The notes beneath the pieces were generated by a model. It searched no databases, was not told the origin of the DNA, and worked only from the letters and a program-made list of their open reading frames with translations. Positions 12,283-24,646 of a stretch of DNA of 64,000 bases are shown one piece after another (the stretch's first letter is position 1; every line of letters begins with the position of its first letter). The translations under genes were made by a program, and so were the position numbers. The DNA lies in NCBI GenBank assembly GCA_904063045.1, contig CAJFCJ010000005.1, positions 544,685 to 608,684 on the forward strand, read 5' to 3'. The DNA comes from Dimorphilus gyrociliatus (taxonomy: Eukaryota; Animalia; Annelida).

Positions 12283-13729
12283 TTTCACTCACTGTTTCTC
12301 CAACGAGCAAAGAGTGAAGAATGATAGAAAATAATTCATTTTTATACCCTTTTCGAGCTATTGAAAGGCAATGATTCATATACACAATGACGGAGTTGCC
12401 CATCACGAATCCAAATAGTCCTATATTTTAAACGTTAAAGAATGACGCACAACTACTAAAAATGAATAGATTTTAAAAGGGACGATAACAATTGATTGCT
12501 TATGCAAATTATGCACTTAATATGTTTTTAACAGTAATTTTTTGCTGATATATAATACTTTTTTAGAAAGAAAATATCCACAACAACAATGAACTTGAAT
12601 TGTAATAGGCCTAGACAAAACTATGGGTTAATTTATTCATGAATATTAAATACATCTGCACTTTATCTGCATAACGTAATTAGTATAATTATTCTATTAC
12701 GTTATAGGAAAATATAAATTTACTTTATCAAAACAGGCAATATACTATAGTTTTAGTTTTAATCGATAAACTTATACAAATATACTTAAGTAGGTCTGAA
12801 CCCTTTGCACCTACTGGCATAAAAATTAATAAGGCAAAATAAGCACTTTTCTTCACAAAGGTCTTTATATCTTATCGATTTTCTTTATGATTCTAGGTAC
12901 TGGGAATTTCATATATTTGCCTTACAATCTTAATGATAGAACTGTTTATTAAGTAGGCGAGTCACGATATTTAATAGTAATTATCGAAGGAGGATAGAAA
13001 ATACTAAAATTCTATGAGACTTTAGGTTCTTCTCTTCATATGGTACGATTATTGTAAATCCTAAAAAATGCTCTGCCACAGATTTTTTGCATATGCACTA
13101 GATAAATACTCAGATAACTAATGAATATTAAAGGAATTCTTGGAATTTAATGCTGGAACATGAATTTTTAGTTTAAGAAAACTTAATAAAGTCATTCATC
13201 AATTTTTAATATAATGCAGATCTAGGATCTGTACTCCTAGATTTATTTCCTAATTGTATTAGGCCTATAGATGAGGATAGTTTTAAGTATAAGTTTCAAT
13301 GATTTTTGAAAAAAAATCTCAAAAGATTATTGCAAAATATTTAAATGAGTTTCCAATGAATTATCGTTCATCGACCTCATCTTTCATTGCAAAAAAAGTT
13401 CAGGTGAAATTTATTAATGTTTTTTGAATAATTTCAGTGCAAAAGCATTAATCTAATTTTTTATTGGACGTTATTTAAATATGAGATTATTCTTTCATGA
13501 ATATCTTCAATCTTAACTTTATGACGAAGAGTTTTATGAAACAAGCCAAATTAGGAAACTTCTTTGCAAAGAAGATCATTCGATTTTGAATGAATCATAC
13601 CATGTAGAAAAATATGCTCCCCCTTCTTTTTATAGCATTTTAACTAAAGCTTTCAAAGAGGTCGAATGTCCTACGCAAATGAATATATAATAAACACCAG
13701 TTTCGCCTTAATACACAGGTCTTTGTGAA

Positions 13730-13830
13730 GGTAGCGTGGCCGAGCGGTCTAAGGCGCTGGTTTTAGGTCTAATACTGATTCTAGAAACACCAGTCTCATT
13801 GAGGCGTGGGTTCGAATCCCACCGCTGCCA
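13730..13830 (+). tRNA. trnL-UAG: tRNA-Leu(TAG), copy 1, 20-nt intron at 13768-13787
   Basis: CTGGT-TT-TAG-G[TCTAATACTGATTCTAGAAA]C-ACCAG. The intron 3' part TCTAGA pairs with the anticodon loop. T-run follows. Confidence 0.95.
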
Positions 13831-13995
13831 TATTTTTTTCATTTTTTGGCAAATGTAAAAAGAAGTACACTATTGCTTATTGGTTTGTACTTGTATACAT
13901 GTACAGTATATATGGAATATGCTTTGAGAAAGATTTATTGAAATTTATATCAAAAACTATGACATTCGAGTGCTTAGTAATAGAGTTATACGCTT

Positions 13996-16630
13996 TCAGG
14001 GCTTAACTTCAGTCTCGGACAAGCACGTGCCAAAATTCCATTTTATGTTATCAATAGCAATATCTCCTGACCACGATGGTCCTCTAGTTCCTTCTATAAT
14101 CAATATACCTGATGTGGTATTTGCAATGTCCATTTGCATATGATGCCATTGATTTCCTTGAGGTCCAGTCTTAGACCATACATTTCCGAGTATCTTTCCA
14201 GATTTTTTTTGAACATATACCTTGAGTTTTCCGATACCAGAACCAAACATATGGTAATATAGAGAAATGCACGATGGTCCATTAATATTTATATAACTCG
14301 ACCTAATAGAGGCTATATTTCCAGTAGTGGCCGGGCTTGAGGCTTCGGCATAACTATATCTTATACCTTCGTATGCTTTAGATGGCCCAGTCATATAACT
14401 GGGAGTTGTTCCTATTCGATCTTTCCAATGATATCTGTTGTTAGTCCAATACTTGAAATCTTCACAAAGCTTTTCAAAATCACATGAAGTGAGCTCGTAT
14501 CTTGCTTTTTTCAATTCGCAATTTTCTCCTTCGTGCTTACTGTCACATAAACATTCATATTTGTTTTTATCTTCTTTTCTTCTTATACAAGTTCCTTCAA
14601 TAAGATGAAATATTTAATCTTTCTCTCGACTACTATTCAATTGTTAAGGTTATATACTGTACCTCCATTTTCACAAGGTAACTCTTCGCATGGATTATTT
14701 ATTCTGGTCTTGCAATGAATTCCTTCGTAATCCAACGGACATGTACAGTTGGGATCACCAAATGTGTTTTCGTATCCATTTTCAGTCGTTTTATAAATAT
14801 AAGTATCGTTACAATAACCTTAAATTAGATATAATGACTTTTATTAAGACTTGAAATGATTAAATTATATATATACCTTCATTTTCGCAAGGATTATTTG
14901 TGACACAAGGACTTAAATCAGCACAATGCTTTCCAGCAAAATATTCTGTACAGTCACAAGTTGCTTTCTCGAAACCGACAACAGTGAACATATTGGGAAA
15001 AGCGTAGATTGGTTTCGATTTACATTGGCCTGTAACAAAGATTTAATTAGTATTTTGTTCTGTAAAAATTAAATTAATCCCCAATCTTACCTCCATTTAA
15101 ACAAGGATTATCATTCAAACACGGATTGACGAATTCGCATTGTCTACCGGCGTAATACTTATGACATAAGCATTGGGTGCTTAGAGAAAACGTCTCATTC
15201 ATACGCATGACTTTTGGTAAACAAAAGCCTAAAAATATTGAAATAATCATATTGACGTTAACAGTCAACTTTTAATCTTTTACAGACCATTTCCGTTACA
15301 GGTTTCATCTTCGCAAGGATCTTTTAATTCGCAAGATTCGCCAAAGAAACCTTTAGGACATTTACAAAGATATTTTCCATTCGTTAAGTCACGGCATTCA
15401 CCTATATAATGGAAGAAAAACATCATATTTTACCCAAATTATTGGATTAATATCTATAAAAAAAGAGATTACCATTATTTATACAGGGATTACTTTTGCA
15501 AGGTTCGGAATGATCTTCTGAACAAGTCCTTCCACTCCATTTATCTCGGCAAATACATATAGCTTCACTTTCCCTAGTTAGACGATTCTTTCGTTGATAG
15601 CATATTCCTGTTTAATAAAATGAGTATGTAATATTTGTAGATGAAGGATTATTATTGAACAGCTTACCTTCATTTTCACAAGGATTCACTTCACAAAGAT
15701 TTGTTCTACGAATATCACAGAGTCGACCTTCATATCCCTTTCTACATTTACAATAGTAGTCATTTCCAGATAAAACGCATTTACCTAAGAGGGCATAAAC
15801 AACTTACGCTATAGACATACTTTCCAGAAAATGTTTCATATTTCCTGTAGCTATTACATTTTGCTGTTGTTGTTTATATTAAGATTAATCATATAAAAAA
15901 AAGAGACTTGTATAGCAAATGCTAAAAGTACCGGCACTATGACAATAGTTTTTCAGATAGCAAGGATCACTGGCAAAGGATGTACAGTACTTTCCGACAA
16001 AACCCGATGTACATTTACATGCGTAAGTTGTATAAGAACCATTATCAACGCAAGTAGCGCCATTTTTACAATTCTGAGACGAATGCGAACACGCTGTATT
16101 TTTTGTTTTGTTCGCGATACGTTCACATCTTGATCCATCAAACCCAGGGGGACATGCGCAGTGTACTCTGTTCAAAACCATCATACACATACCTGTTGGA
16201 AATAGAGCATTTAAATTGGTATTATTCATTTATGTTTGTTATAAACAATAAGAAAATGATACCATTATTTAAACATGGGTTTGAATTGCAAGTGGAAAGA
16301 GGTGGCTTCCCCGTTCCATTATTAAATCTAGTAATTCTTTGTTCACATAACATTCCTGTATAGTCTTTCGGACAAGCACATCTTGGTATACCAATTGTCG
16401 TGCTTAAACAAGAACCTAACGAATTGATAGAATACTAATAGATTGTATTGGTGAAGAAGATCAATTGTATAGAAAATTACCTCCATTCTGGCAAAAGCAA
16501 AATGATTGAGCCTGAGCGTCTAAAGAATGCAAAAAATTAAGATATCAGGCTGCATCAGTAAGATAAGATAAAAAATAAACTTACAAACTATGAGAAAAGT
16601 AAATAGTAACGATAATACTTTGAAAATCAT
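13996..16630 (-). CDS. Secreted ~10 EGF + MAM protein without N-terminal repeat (EGF-MAM paralog 3), multi-exon
   Basis: ATG at 16630, MIFKVLSLLFTFLIV followed by a gtaag donor. EGF exons at 14520-16500. MAM in ORF 13996-14514 ([39 protein letters not shown]). Confidence 0.88.
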
Positions 16631-17816
16631 CTTGTATATATAAGTATACGTAAGATAATTGTCAAATGCAGTTAGGGATATGGTGAGTTGTATGGATTTT
16701 AAACATTATTTATACCCTTAACAAAATTCGAGTTATACATTAAATTAAGGATAACAACTGGTCTGATCAAACAGAGAATATTTATAAAGAAAATATAAGA
16801 ATAATAGAATCTTTAAGAGATATACTTGAAAGAAGCGATTATCAGTATATAGTAAGAGTCTCAGATATTAAAGGCTTATGTAATTAAAAACGTTAAAATG
16901 AAAATCAAGGTATGACGTAAGTTTACTTTCCTACAAGTTCAATATTGATATTAAAAGTGTTGACTATAAAGTATTTTGTCGAATCAGCATTAAAAAACAA
17001 ACCGATGCTTTCTCTTCTATTTTCTTTATGGAAAAGAAAAGAAAGTTATAATAAACTAAGTAAATATTTTATGAAAGAAATCACTCTTTTTTATATTCCA
17101 TTTGATTGTTAGGCTTTAAAAAAAAAGACAAAGCATAGTATAAGTCAATATCTAACATTTATTTCAAGTTTGAATATACAATACAACTTAAATTTAAATT
17201 TATTATTCTAGTTAAAGATAAGAATAAGCTGAATAAACTTTAATAAAAAAAAACTGCTTACTTTATTGAGAAAGAGGTCAATTCTTCCAAACAATATTGA
17301 TATTGTAAAGGCTCGGATACAGTTTAGTAAGTTAGATAAAGTTAAATAAATTTACATGTTATGCAATATATTAAAAAAAAAACAACCCACTAAATTAGGT
17401 ATTGAATTCTTTTTATTAGAATTATCTTACTCAATCTCTTCCCCTAGGAAAGCTATGATAAAAGATAGCCTTCAAGGACAAAAATTAATAATATATACTA
17501 TATATATATATCTATTTATTGAGTATAAGTAAAACGTGACTATATATAAAATAATATTTTAATACATAAATAGCAATTGTAGTAGTGTTACTAAAAATAG
17601 AATTAACATATTTCTATAAAAAGAGTAAAATAATATTTTAAGAATTTTTTTTTTTAAAAAAAACAACCAATTTTAAAAGATACGAAAATGAAGATAATTA
17701 TTGGTGTTGTTGAGGTTTTTCGTCAAAAATCTCTATTAATAAGGATAATGTTTTTGATATAAGAAATCATTTAAGCTACTGTGTAGTTGGTTTATAAATA
17801 CAATAGGTATTCAAGA

Positions 17817-17917
17817 GGTAGCGTGGCCGAGCGGTCTAAGGCGCTGGTTTTAGGTCTAATACTGATTCTAGAAACACCAGTCTCATTGAGGCGTGGGTTC
17901 GAATCCCACCGCTGCCA
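17817..17917 (+). tRNA. trnL-UAG: tRNA-Leu(TAG), copy 2, 20-nt intron
   Basis: Identical to 13730-13830 including the intron; flanks differ. Confidence 0.95.
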
Positions 17918-18076
17918 AATTTTTTTTTATAAATTATACTCTCCCGATAACAGCAAAATAGTATAGTAAATTACGTGTGTTTAGTTTAACAGTTCCCCTT
18001 ATTCGTATTTCAATGACCTTATTTTGAAAATGAACTACTTTATTAAAAAAAATATTGAGTTTAATAAACTTTAAAA

Positions 18077-18150
18077 AGGCTCTGGAGGGATTCGAACCCT
18101 CGATCTCCTGTTTACTAGACAGGCGCTTTAACCAACTAAGCCACAGAGCC
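18077..18150 (-). tRNA. trnT-AGU: tRNA-Thr(AGT), copy 1
   Basis: GGCTCTG/CAGAGCC-T acceptor, CCTGT-CT-AGT-AA-ACAGG anticodon arm, immediate T-run. Confidence 0.97.
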
Positions 18151-18239
18151 CCACACTAGTTAAAAAATGCCAAATTGCAAACGAATCTGAATGAGATATA
18201 ATACAAGAGAAGAAAGCATGAAATTCATGAGTTTTGAAA

Positions 18240-21200
18240 TTATTTATTAATCCTATTCTTAAGTAATATTTTCTTTAAATAATTTCCAATAATTTGAATA
18301 TCATTTGGAAATAATTCGGACGAAGGAGAAGTAGATAATCTTTGAAAAACAATAAAACTTCTAATCTTCTTGTTCAATTCCTTATTTTCAAAACGGAAAA
18401 GTGAATGAAATGTTGAAAAATTTCATATTTACCGTAAACACTATACATTCATCTTTAGATTCTGAATTAATCATCAAATTGAATTTATGAGCAGATTGAA
18501 TAGCTTTACATAGATCTAATATCAATTGTCGTATTGACGTCAATTGTAATATTGGTAGATTTCTTATAGTTTTCCATTTTCTATGATTACATATATCGAA
18601 TATTATACTATTTTCATACCAATTATGAACGAATAGATAATCTAGTAGAATTGAAAGAAAGATTAACAATCTATCAAGATACTCTTTTCTTTATCTATTT
18701 ACATTCCTCTTTTGATTTTAACTCAACTTCCGCTAGAAATTTCTTTCTAATAGAAATGAAAATATGATCATTTCAATTCAATACGAAATATAAATTATTA
18801 TTTGAATTAATAACTTTTTAGCCATTCTTCTCTTCTTACTAAGTCTTATATAGCAAATTAATGACGAAGTTGAAATTATATAGGGATTTAAAACGGAATT
18901 TAAAGGAATAATCGCTATCATAGTCCAAGAATAAATTGAATTATTGAATTGAATTTGATCAAAAACCGCTAATAAGCCTATAAAAAAGAAAAGAAATTCA
19001 TGTCAATGATTGAATAAATGGTTGAATGTATATTTTCAATTCAATTTACTTATTATTGATAAGGGAAACCAACAGGAAATGTTTGTTATTATTATGGTGA
19101 AACCACTAAGACCAATCTCTCTTACAACCTTTATATTATCATTATATTTGTTCCATATATATAGTATAATTCTTGAATAGAGTACAATTGTAATAGAGCA
19201 TACTATTGTTGGGAAGATATTATAGGCTGATAAAGAATATACCCAACCGGATATCCTTTCATTAGTAATATGTAATGGGAAGCATAGCGGAGATCTTGAA
19301 TAGAAATCCTTTGATAAAAGAGAATTGTAATCATATTAGTCTAGTAGAATGAAAATGGAAGAAGAACTATACATTAAATATATATATCGGTAAGATGGAT
19401 AATAAAGAAATTAAACTCAAGGAAACAATAAAGAAGACTATTGATAATTGTTTCTTTGAATAGCGAAAGTTTGAATGACAAACAGTCAAATATCGATTCA
19501 ACGTTATTAACAATAAACAACTATTTGAAAATAATATTGACGTACTTGATAAAATACCGCAAAATTTACACAACTCGCTGAATCTCCATTGAATGTCATA
19601 TTCTATATAATTACCGCTATAATAACTATCAATTACTCCTATAATTATTAAATAGATAATTAGACTTAAATCCGATAAATTCAAGGCTAGAAGATAAACA
19701 TTCTCTTCCATTTCTTTTCTGTTAATCTTATTCATAATTAGAGCTGAAATATTACCCAATAATCCAAAAATTATCATAATCCATATAATAACTTTTAAGA
19801 AGACGTTACTAATAGGATCTCCACAAGTTTTAAATATAGAATTCGATGGTGAACATTGTAAAATATTTCGACAATACTTCTCTATTACGCAACAAAGTTC
19901 GTAATAATTCGAGTAGAAATATTTCAAAGAATTGGCATGCTTTAACGATTGAAATATTGATGTTAAAGGTAGAATTGTATCATTTAAATTTATAGTTTTA
20001 ATGTATTTTAATGATTGAAAAATTAGCTTATCAATTATCTTTAAATTAGAATTTGTTATTATTAATATTTGTATCTTTTCAAGTCTATTAAAGCTAGTTT
20101 TTGTTAATGTCGATATTTCGGTAAAAGACAAATCTAACGTTATTAATGAAGGTAAAAATATATCTGAATTCCATATTCTAATTGGATTTTTCATTAAAAT
20201 TAGATACTGCAGTTTTTTCATTTGAAAATTTGATAGAAATCTTGTATCTTTCAATGAATTCTTCATTAAATTCAATTTTATCAGGTTATGGCATAAAATT
20301 CTGGGGAAATTTTCTATTGAACTATTTATTATTTCAAATTGATAGAGAATATATGGATTTCTTATGGAAATTAATTGATTATTAACCATATTCTTGATAT
20401 GTAAACTTCTCATTTCAATTTCGAAAGAGAATTTAGATTTTAAATTATTTTCAAAGTTGCATTGCACAGTGAAATTGCCAAGGCATTGGCAAAATGAAGG
20501 GCATTTGTTAAATGAATAATTATAGCAGGGCGTCTCATCGTCTCCAAAAAAACAATCTAAACTTTTATCGCATACTTTATCCGTATGAATGAAATTCCAT
20601 TGATTTTTACATTTGTAATAGCCAATTGGACTGAAAGTTTCTATGGAAAACGGAATTTTAAAAATAAACAGGCTTCTCCTTTTTCTTACCACAATTCAAC
20701 TCGTCATCTCCTTCTAGACAATGTTTTATCCCATCGCAAATATATTTTATATCAATACAGTAAAAGTGTTTGTTACATAAATACTCTCCTTGCGGACACT
20801 GTTTAAATGGACAATTTCTTAATTGGTATAAAGGATATGCTGCCCTTGTTTCAAGTATTCCGTTGGAAGTATATTTTAAACGGCAATTTGTTCCGCTATC
20901 TAGTTTCCAAAGTTTTGATAATAGTAAAATGTATTTAAAAAGAGATGCTTCAGTACAGACTCGTCTCCTATAACTAATAATCAAACAATCATTCAAAAGG
21001 CTATTGTTTTTGGTTATCGGCAATTGAATATCTTTACATATTTTGCTCCGTTTTAGTAAGTTTAAAATAGATTTGCATATTGCAATTATTAGGCTCGTCC
21101 CATGATGGAAATCCCCCGCAGTCTGCTTGAAAATCGCAAAATTTACGATTTCTAACGCAATATCCATCACAAAAATATAATCTATTAATCCTTCTTGGGC

Positions 21201-24200
21201 AACCTAATTAATTTAAAACTGTTAGAAAGATATAATTGATACTAAATCTGATTAAGTACGCTTGCACCGCGATATTTTTTCTAGACAAATTCTGTCGGGT
21301 AAGCATCGTCTTTCCTTTGGTATACATCTATTGTAATCGCATCTAAAGCTTTTATAATAATGTTATTAGGGATAATCGTTTAAAGAAGATAAATATGAGA
21401 AATACTTTGTGTTTGTGTCGCATTCAAAATCTAAATTACGAATCCAAAAGAGCAATTTATTTATTAATTATGTTCTGTGAAATTGAAAAATTACTTACAA
21501 CAATCCTTTTCGTCGCTTTCATCTTTACAATCAGCTATATTATTGCAAATGAGATTAGCATTTATCTCTTGACCCGATTTACAAATAAAATATAAACGAT
21601 CTTCGCAGTTAACCTCATCACTTCCATCCGGACAATCATTTTCCCTATCGCAAACGCTAGCAATTGAAATGCAGAAATCGTAATGAGTACATTTGAATAA
21701 ATTTGTTGGACAGTTTTTAAACTTTGGTATTGACAGAGTGGAATAATTCGTTATTTGAATAGAATCTCTTGGAATTTCTAGAATGAATAGATGTTCTGAA
21801 TGAAACTTAAATTGACCTTTCGACTTTGTTTCGTACGTGTCTCGGATTCGCATATAACTATTTTAAATGTATAAGATTTACAATCAAACGCTTTATATCC
21901 ATATTTACTCAATAGAGCGCATTCTGTATTCCTTAGCCATCGCGAAACTTGCGAAAGCATTGTACGTACCGTTTTGTAGCACGTCGACGGCATATCAACC
22001 CTTCATAAACAGAAAAGAAGATTTTCAATGAACTCGACGCTTTATCGAAAAAAAAGAAAACTGTCGCAACCTTCCTTGTTGAATTGTCCATAGGCCAACA
22101 GCGTCTAGTGAAACATTATCACTTGTCGTTAAAACTTGGTGACCTCCAAAAGTTGACATTTTTCGAATTCCTACCAAAATGAAGTACGAGTAATAAACGA
22201 AAGAAAAACAATAAATGAAATAAACAAACCAATTGGAATTTCGTCATCTAAGAAAGAAAATAGATTAAATAGTAAAAAGAACAATAGTGTTTCTTACTTA
22301 AAATGAAATTATTCTTATCAGGAAGTCGATAACGTTTCCTACTCAGACGATTAATATTTGTTTGAACGTAGAGAATATATTTTAAAAGATCAATTTTCTC
22401 TTCGGATGAAATACTAATTAATGAAGAATTTCTTGATTTACAGTATTTTATAGCATTCGCATAAGAAATTGAATTTAAAAGATATTTGTAATGATAACAT
22501 CTCCAATTAAATGTTGTAGACGATTCATAATTGCAGTCTTGAGAGAAGTACATACTGTTTATAATTCAATCAATATATAATTATTTCTTAATTAACTTAC
22601 GATTATATAATAAATACGTTGAATTTGAACATATTATGCCTATATTTGAAATTTTTCGCTCAGATTCAAAAGGATATTTTCGACAATCTTCCAAATTTGT
22701 TTCATTCCCATCGCATACAATAGTAAGAAAAGAATCAAAGCTAGTATTTAATAAATATTTGAAATTGAACGTTGCTAAAGTATAACCGAAATAGCGGCAA
22801 ATTGTCTAAAAATACATTTACTTTATTAAAAAAACACTGGTTAAATGATGAAAAACAATAGGCCTAACATTTGCGGAAGTGCTGTTAAATAAATCTATTA
22901 ACAATGTATACCATACACGATCGTAAATTTGTAGGACAGCAGTAAACGGGTTCATATTTATATAGGAATCCCTATAAATGATCATATCGGAAGAGATATA
23001 TAATCGATATTTATAATCTAAATGCATAATAATATTCTCATTGAATTAGTTAATTAGTTAATTTATTCATACCAGACTTTAATACTTGTTTTTGTCTGCA
23101 ATAAACTTTAGTCAAGAATAAATCTTTATATCTTCTATGATATTTCTTGATAAAGGAACAATTTGATAAATATGTTGCGTTTGTACCACAATTTATATAG
23201 TGTATATATTTTGACATATAACTATTAATTATCATTTCATTACTTGTCTCGTGTTGTTTATAATCAATTTCCAATGAAAAATATTCGCATATTAAATTAA
23301 CGATAAAAGTTAATGTTGAAGATTTTAGTATACCTAAACTTTTTGGACCATACCTTTCTGACAGGAGAATTGGTGTTATTTCGTAATTTGTAGTATTATT
23401 TAAATATTTTAATGAATAAAAGTATTCTTCAGCTACAGCAAGCTTAAAATCTTAAAGTAGTCATTGTTATCTATTAATTAAACATTCTCTAGTCAATTAT
23501 TACGTCTGTCTTTTCCTCGACATTCTATTTCAATGCATATATCTTCTGTCTTGTTGATTATCTTGAAATTTTTATCATTCTCCTTCCAAAGATATTTTTG
23601 TAGTATAATTCCATTAGGAATTGTCATTTCAAGCTTATTAATTATATAAACTGTTTTACAAAATTCCTCTGTTTTCAAGCTAACATTGCAAATTTGTCTA
23701 GATTGTTCAAGAAAACGAAAATAAACAATATATCTCTCATGAGGACCAACTTTAAACATGTAATTATAAAAGACTGTTGGAAGCATGAATAAAGAATTTA
23801 TATATAAATTATTAATATTCATACAGATTTCATTCGGTTTGAAGCATCTAACGCAAAGTACATTTGGATTAGTTAATCCATTTTTGCATAATCCCCTTCT
23901 CCTATCGATCAATAATTGAAAAAAGAAAAGATGTAGTTCTTTAAAGTTATTAATAGAATTAAAATGCTTTCTACATGTTACAAATATTTGAATGGAATTT
24001 CTTAGAAGAACAAGTTAAATCTACAATTTCTTTGCCTTTTTTATGAACGAAACAAATTTGTCTATTATGAATTTTCACTTATTTCATTGTTATAGTACTT
24101 CTATAGTTGGGACAAACAAGGAATTGATGATAAAACGAATCGTAGCCATTCGATGAACAAGTATTCTTTGCCAATTTAGAGACGTAATTAAAAGATTCTT

Positions 24201-24426
24201 GATAAGATATGTTAAAATTGATATACGCTGAAAAATTCGTATTTATTTCACTTAAAAGTATTGGTCCGATAACGCTATTAGTATCATTCCTCAAAATTGG
24301 ATATATAGTTGTATTAAACGATTTCAGAGTGATATTATTCTCAATACATAAATCATCAGTTTCAATACTTGAATAGATTTTTACTAAACAAACATTTAGA
24401 AAATATAAAAACCAAGGAAATTCCAT
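18240..24426 (-). CDS. GRL101/LGR-like receptor paralog 2 (SP, degenerate SRCR-like modules, CTL, LDLa repeats, LRR, 7TM, conserved cytoplasmic tail), multi-exon
   Basis: ORFs 24079-24426 (signal peptide), 22248-22553 (CTL), 21491-21853 and 20658-21170 (LDLa), 19367-20692 (LRRs, hinge YELCC...FKTCGD, TM1-4, ITLNRY). TM7 PLNSVLNPY near 18900. Last exon ELNKKIRSF...NRINK-stop at 18240. Confidence 0.88.
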
Positions 24427-24646
24427 TATAAACAGAACAGAAAATATCTTCTCATTGCTTTCAGAGACTGTTAACCTGAGACTGAAAGGATTTAAATATT
24501 CGCATATATCTCTCTTAGTTTTAGTAATTTAATCATATCTCTAAGTTAATATATAACATATCCATCATTTCATTCGTCTTTTAATGATATTTTATCTTAT
24601 TATTCTTTCATTTTCTGTGTGAGAATAGCTAACTTGTTGAACAATT
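24427..24646. promoter_or_regulatory. Probable bidirectional promoter between receptor paralogs 2 and 3
   Basis: Two signal-peptide-encoding ATGs (24426 minus, 24647 plus) face away from each other 220 bp apart. Initiator-like TCAGTC on the minus strand near 24480. Confidence 0.6.
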
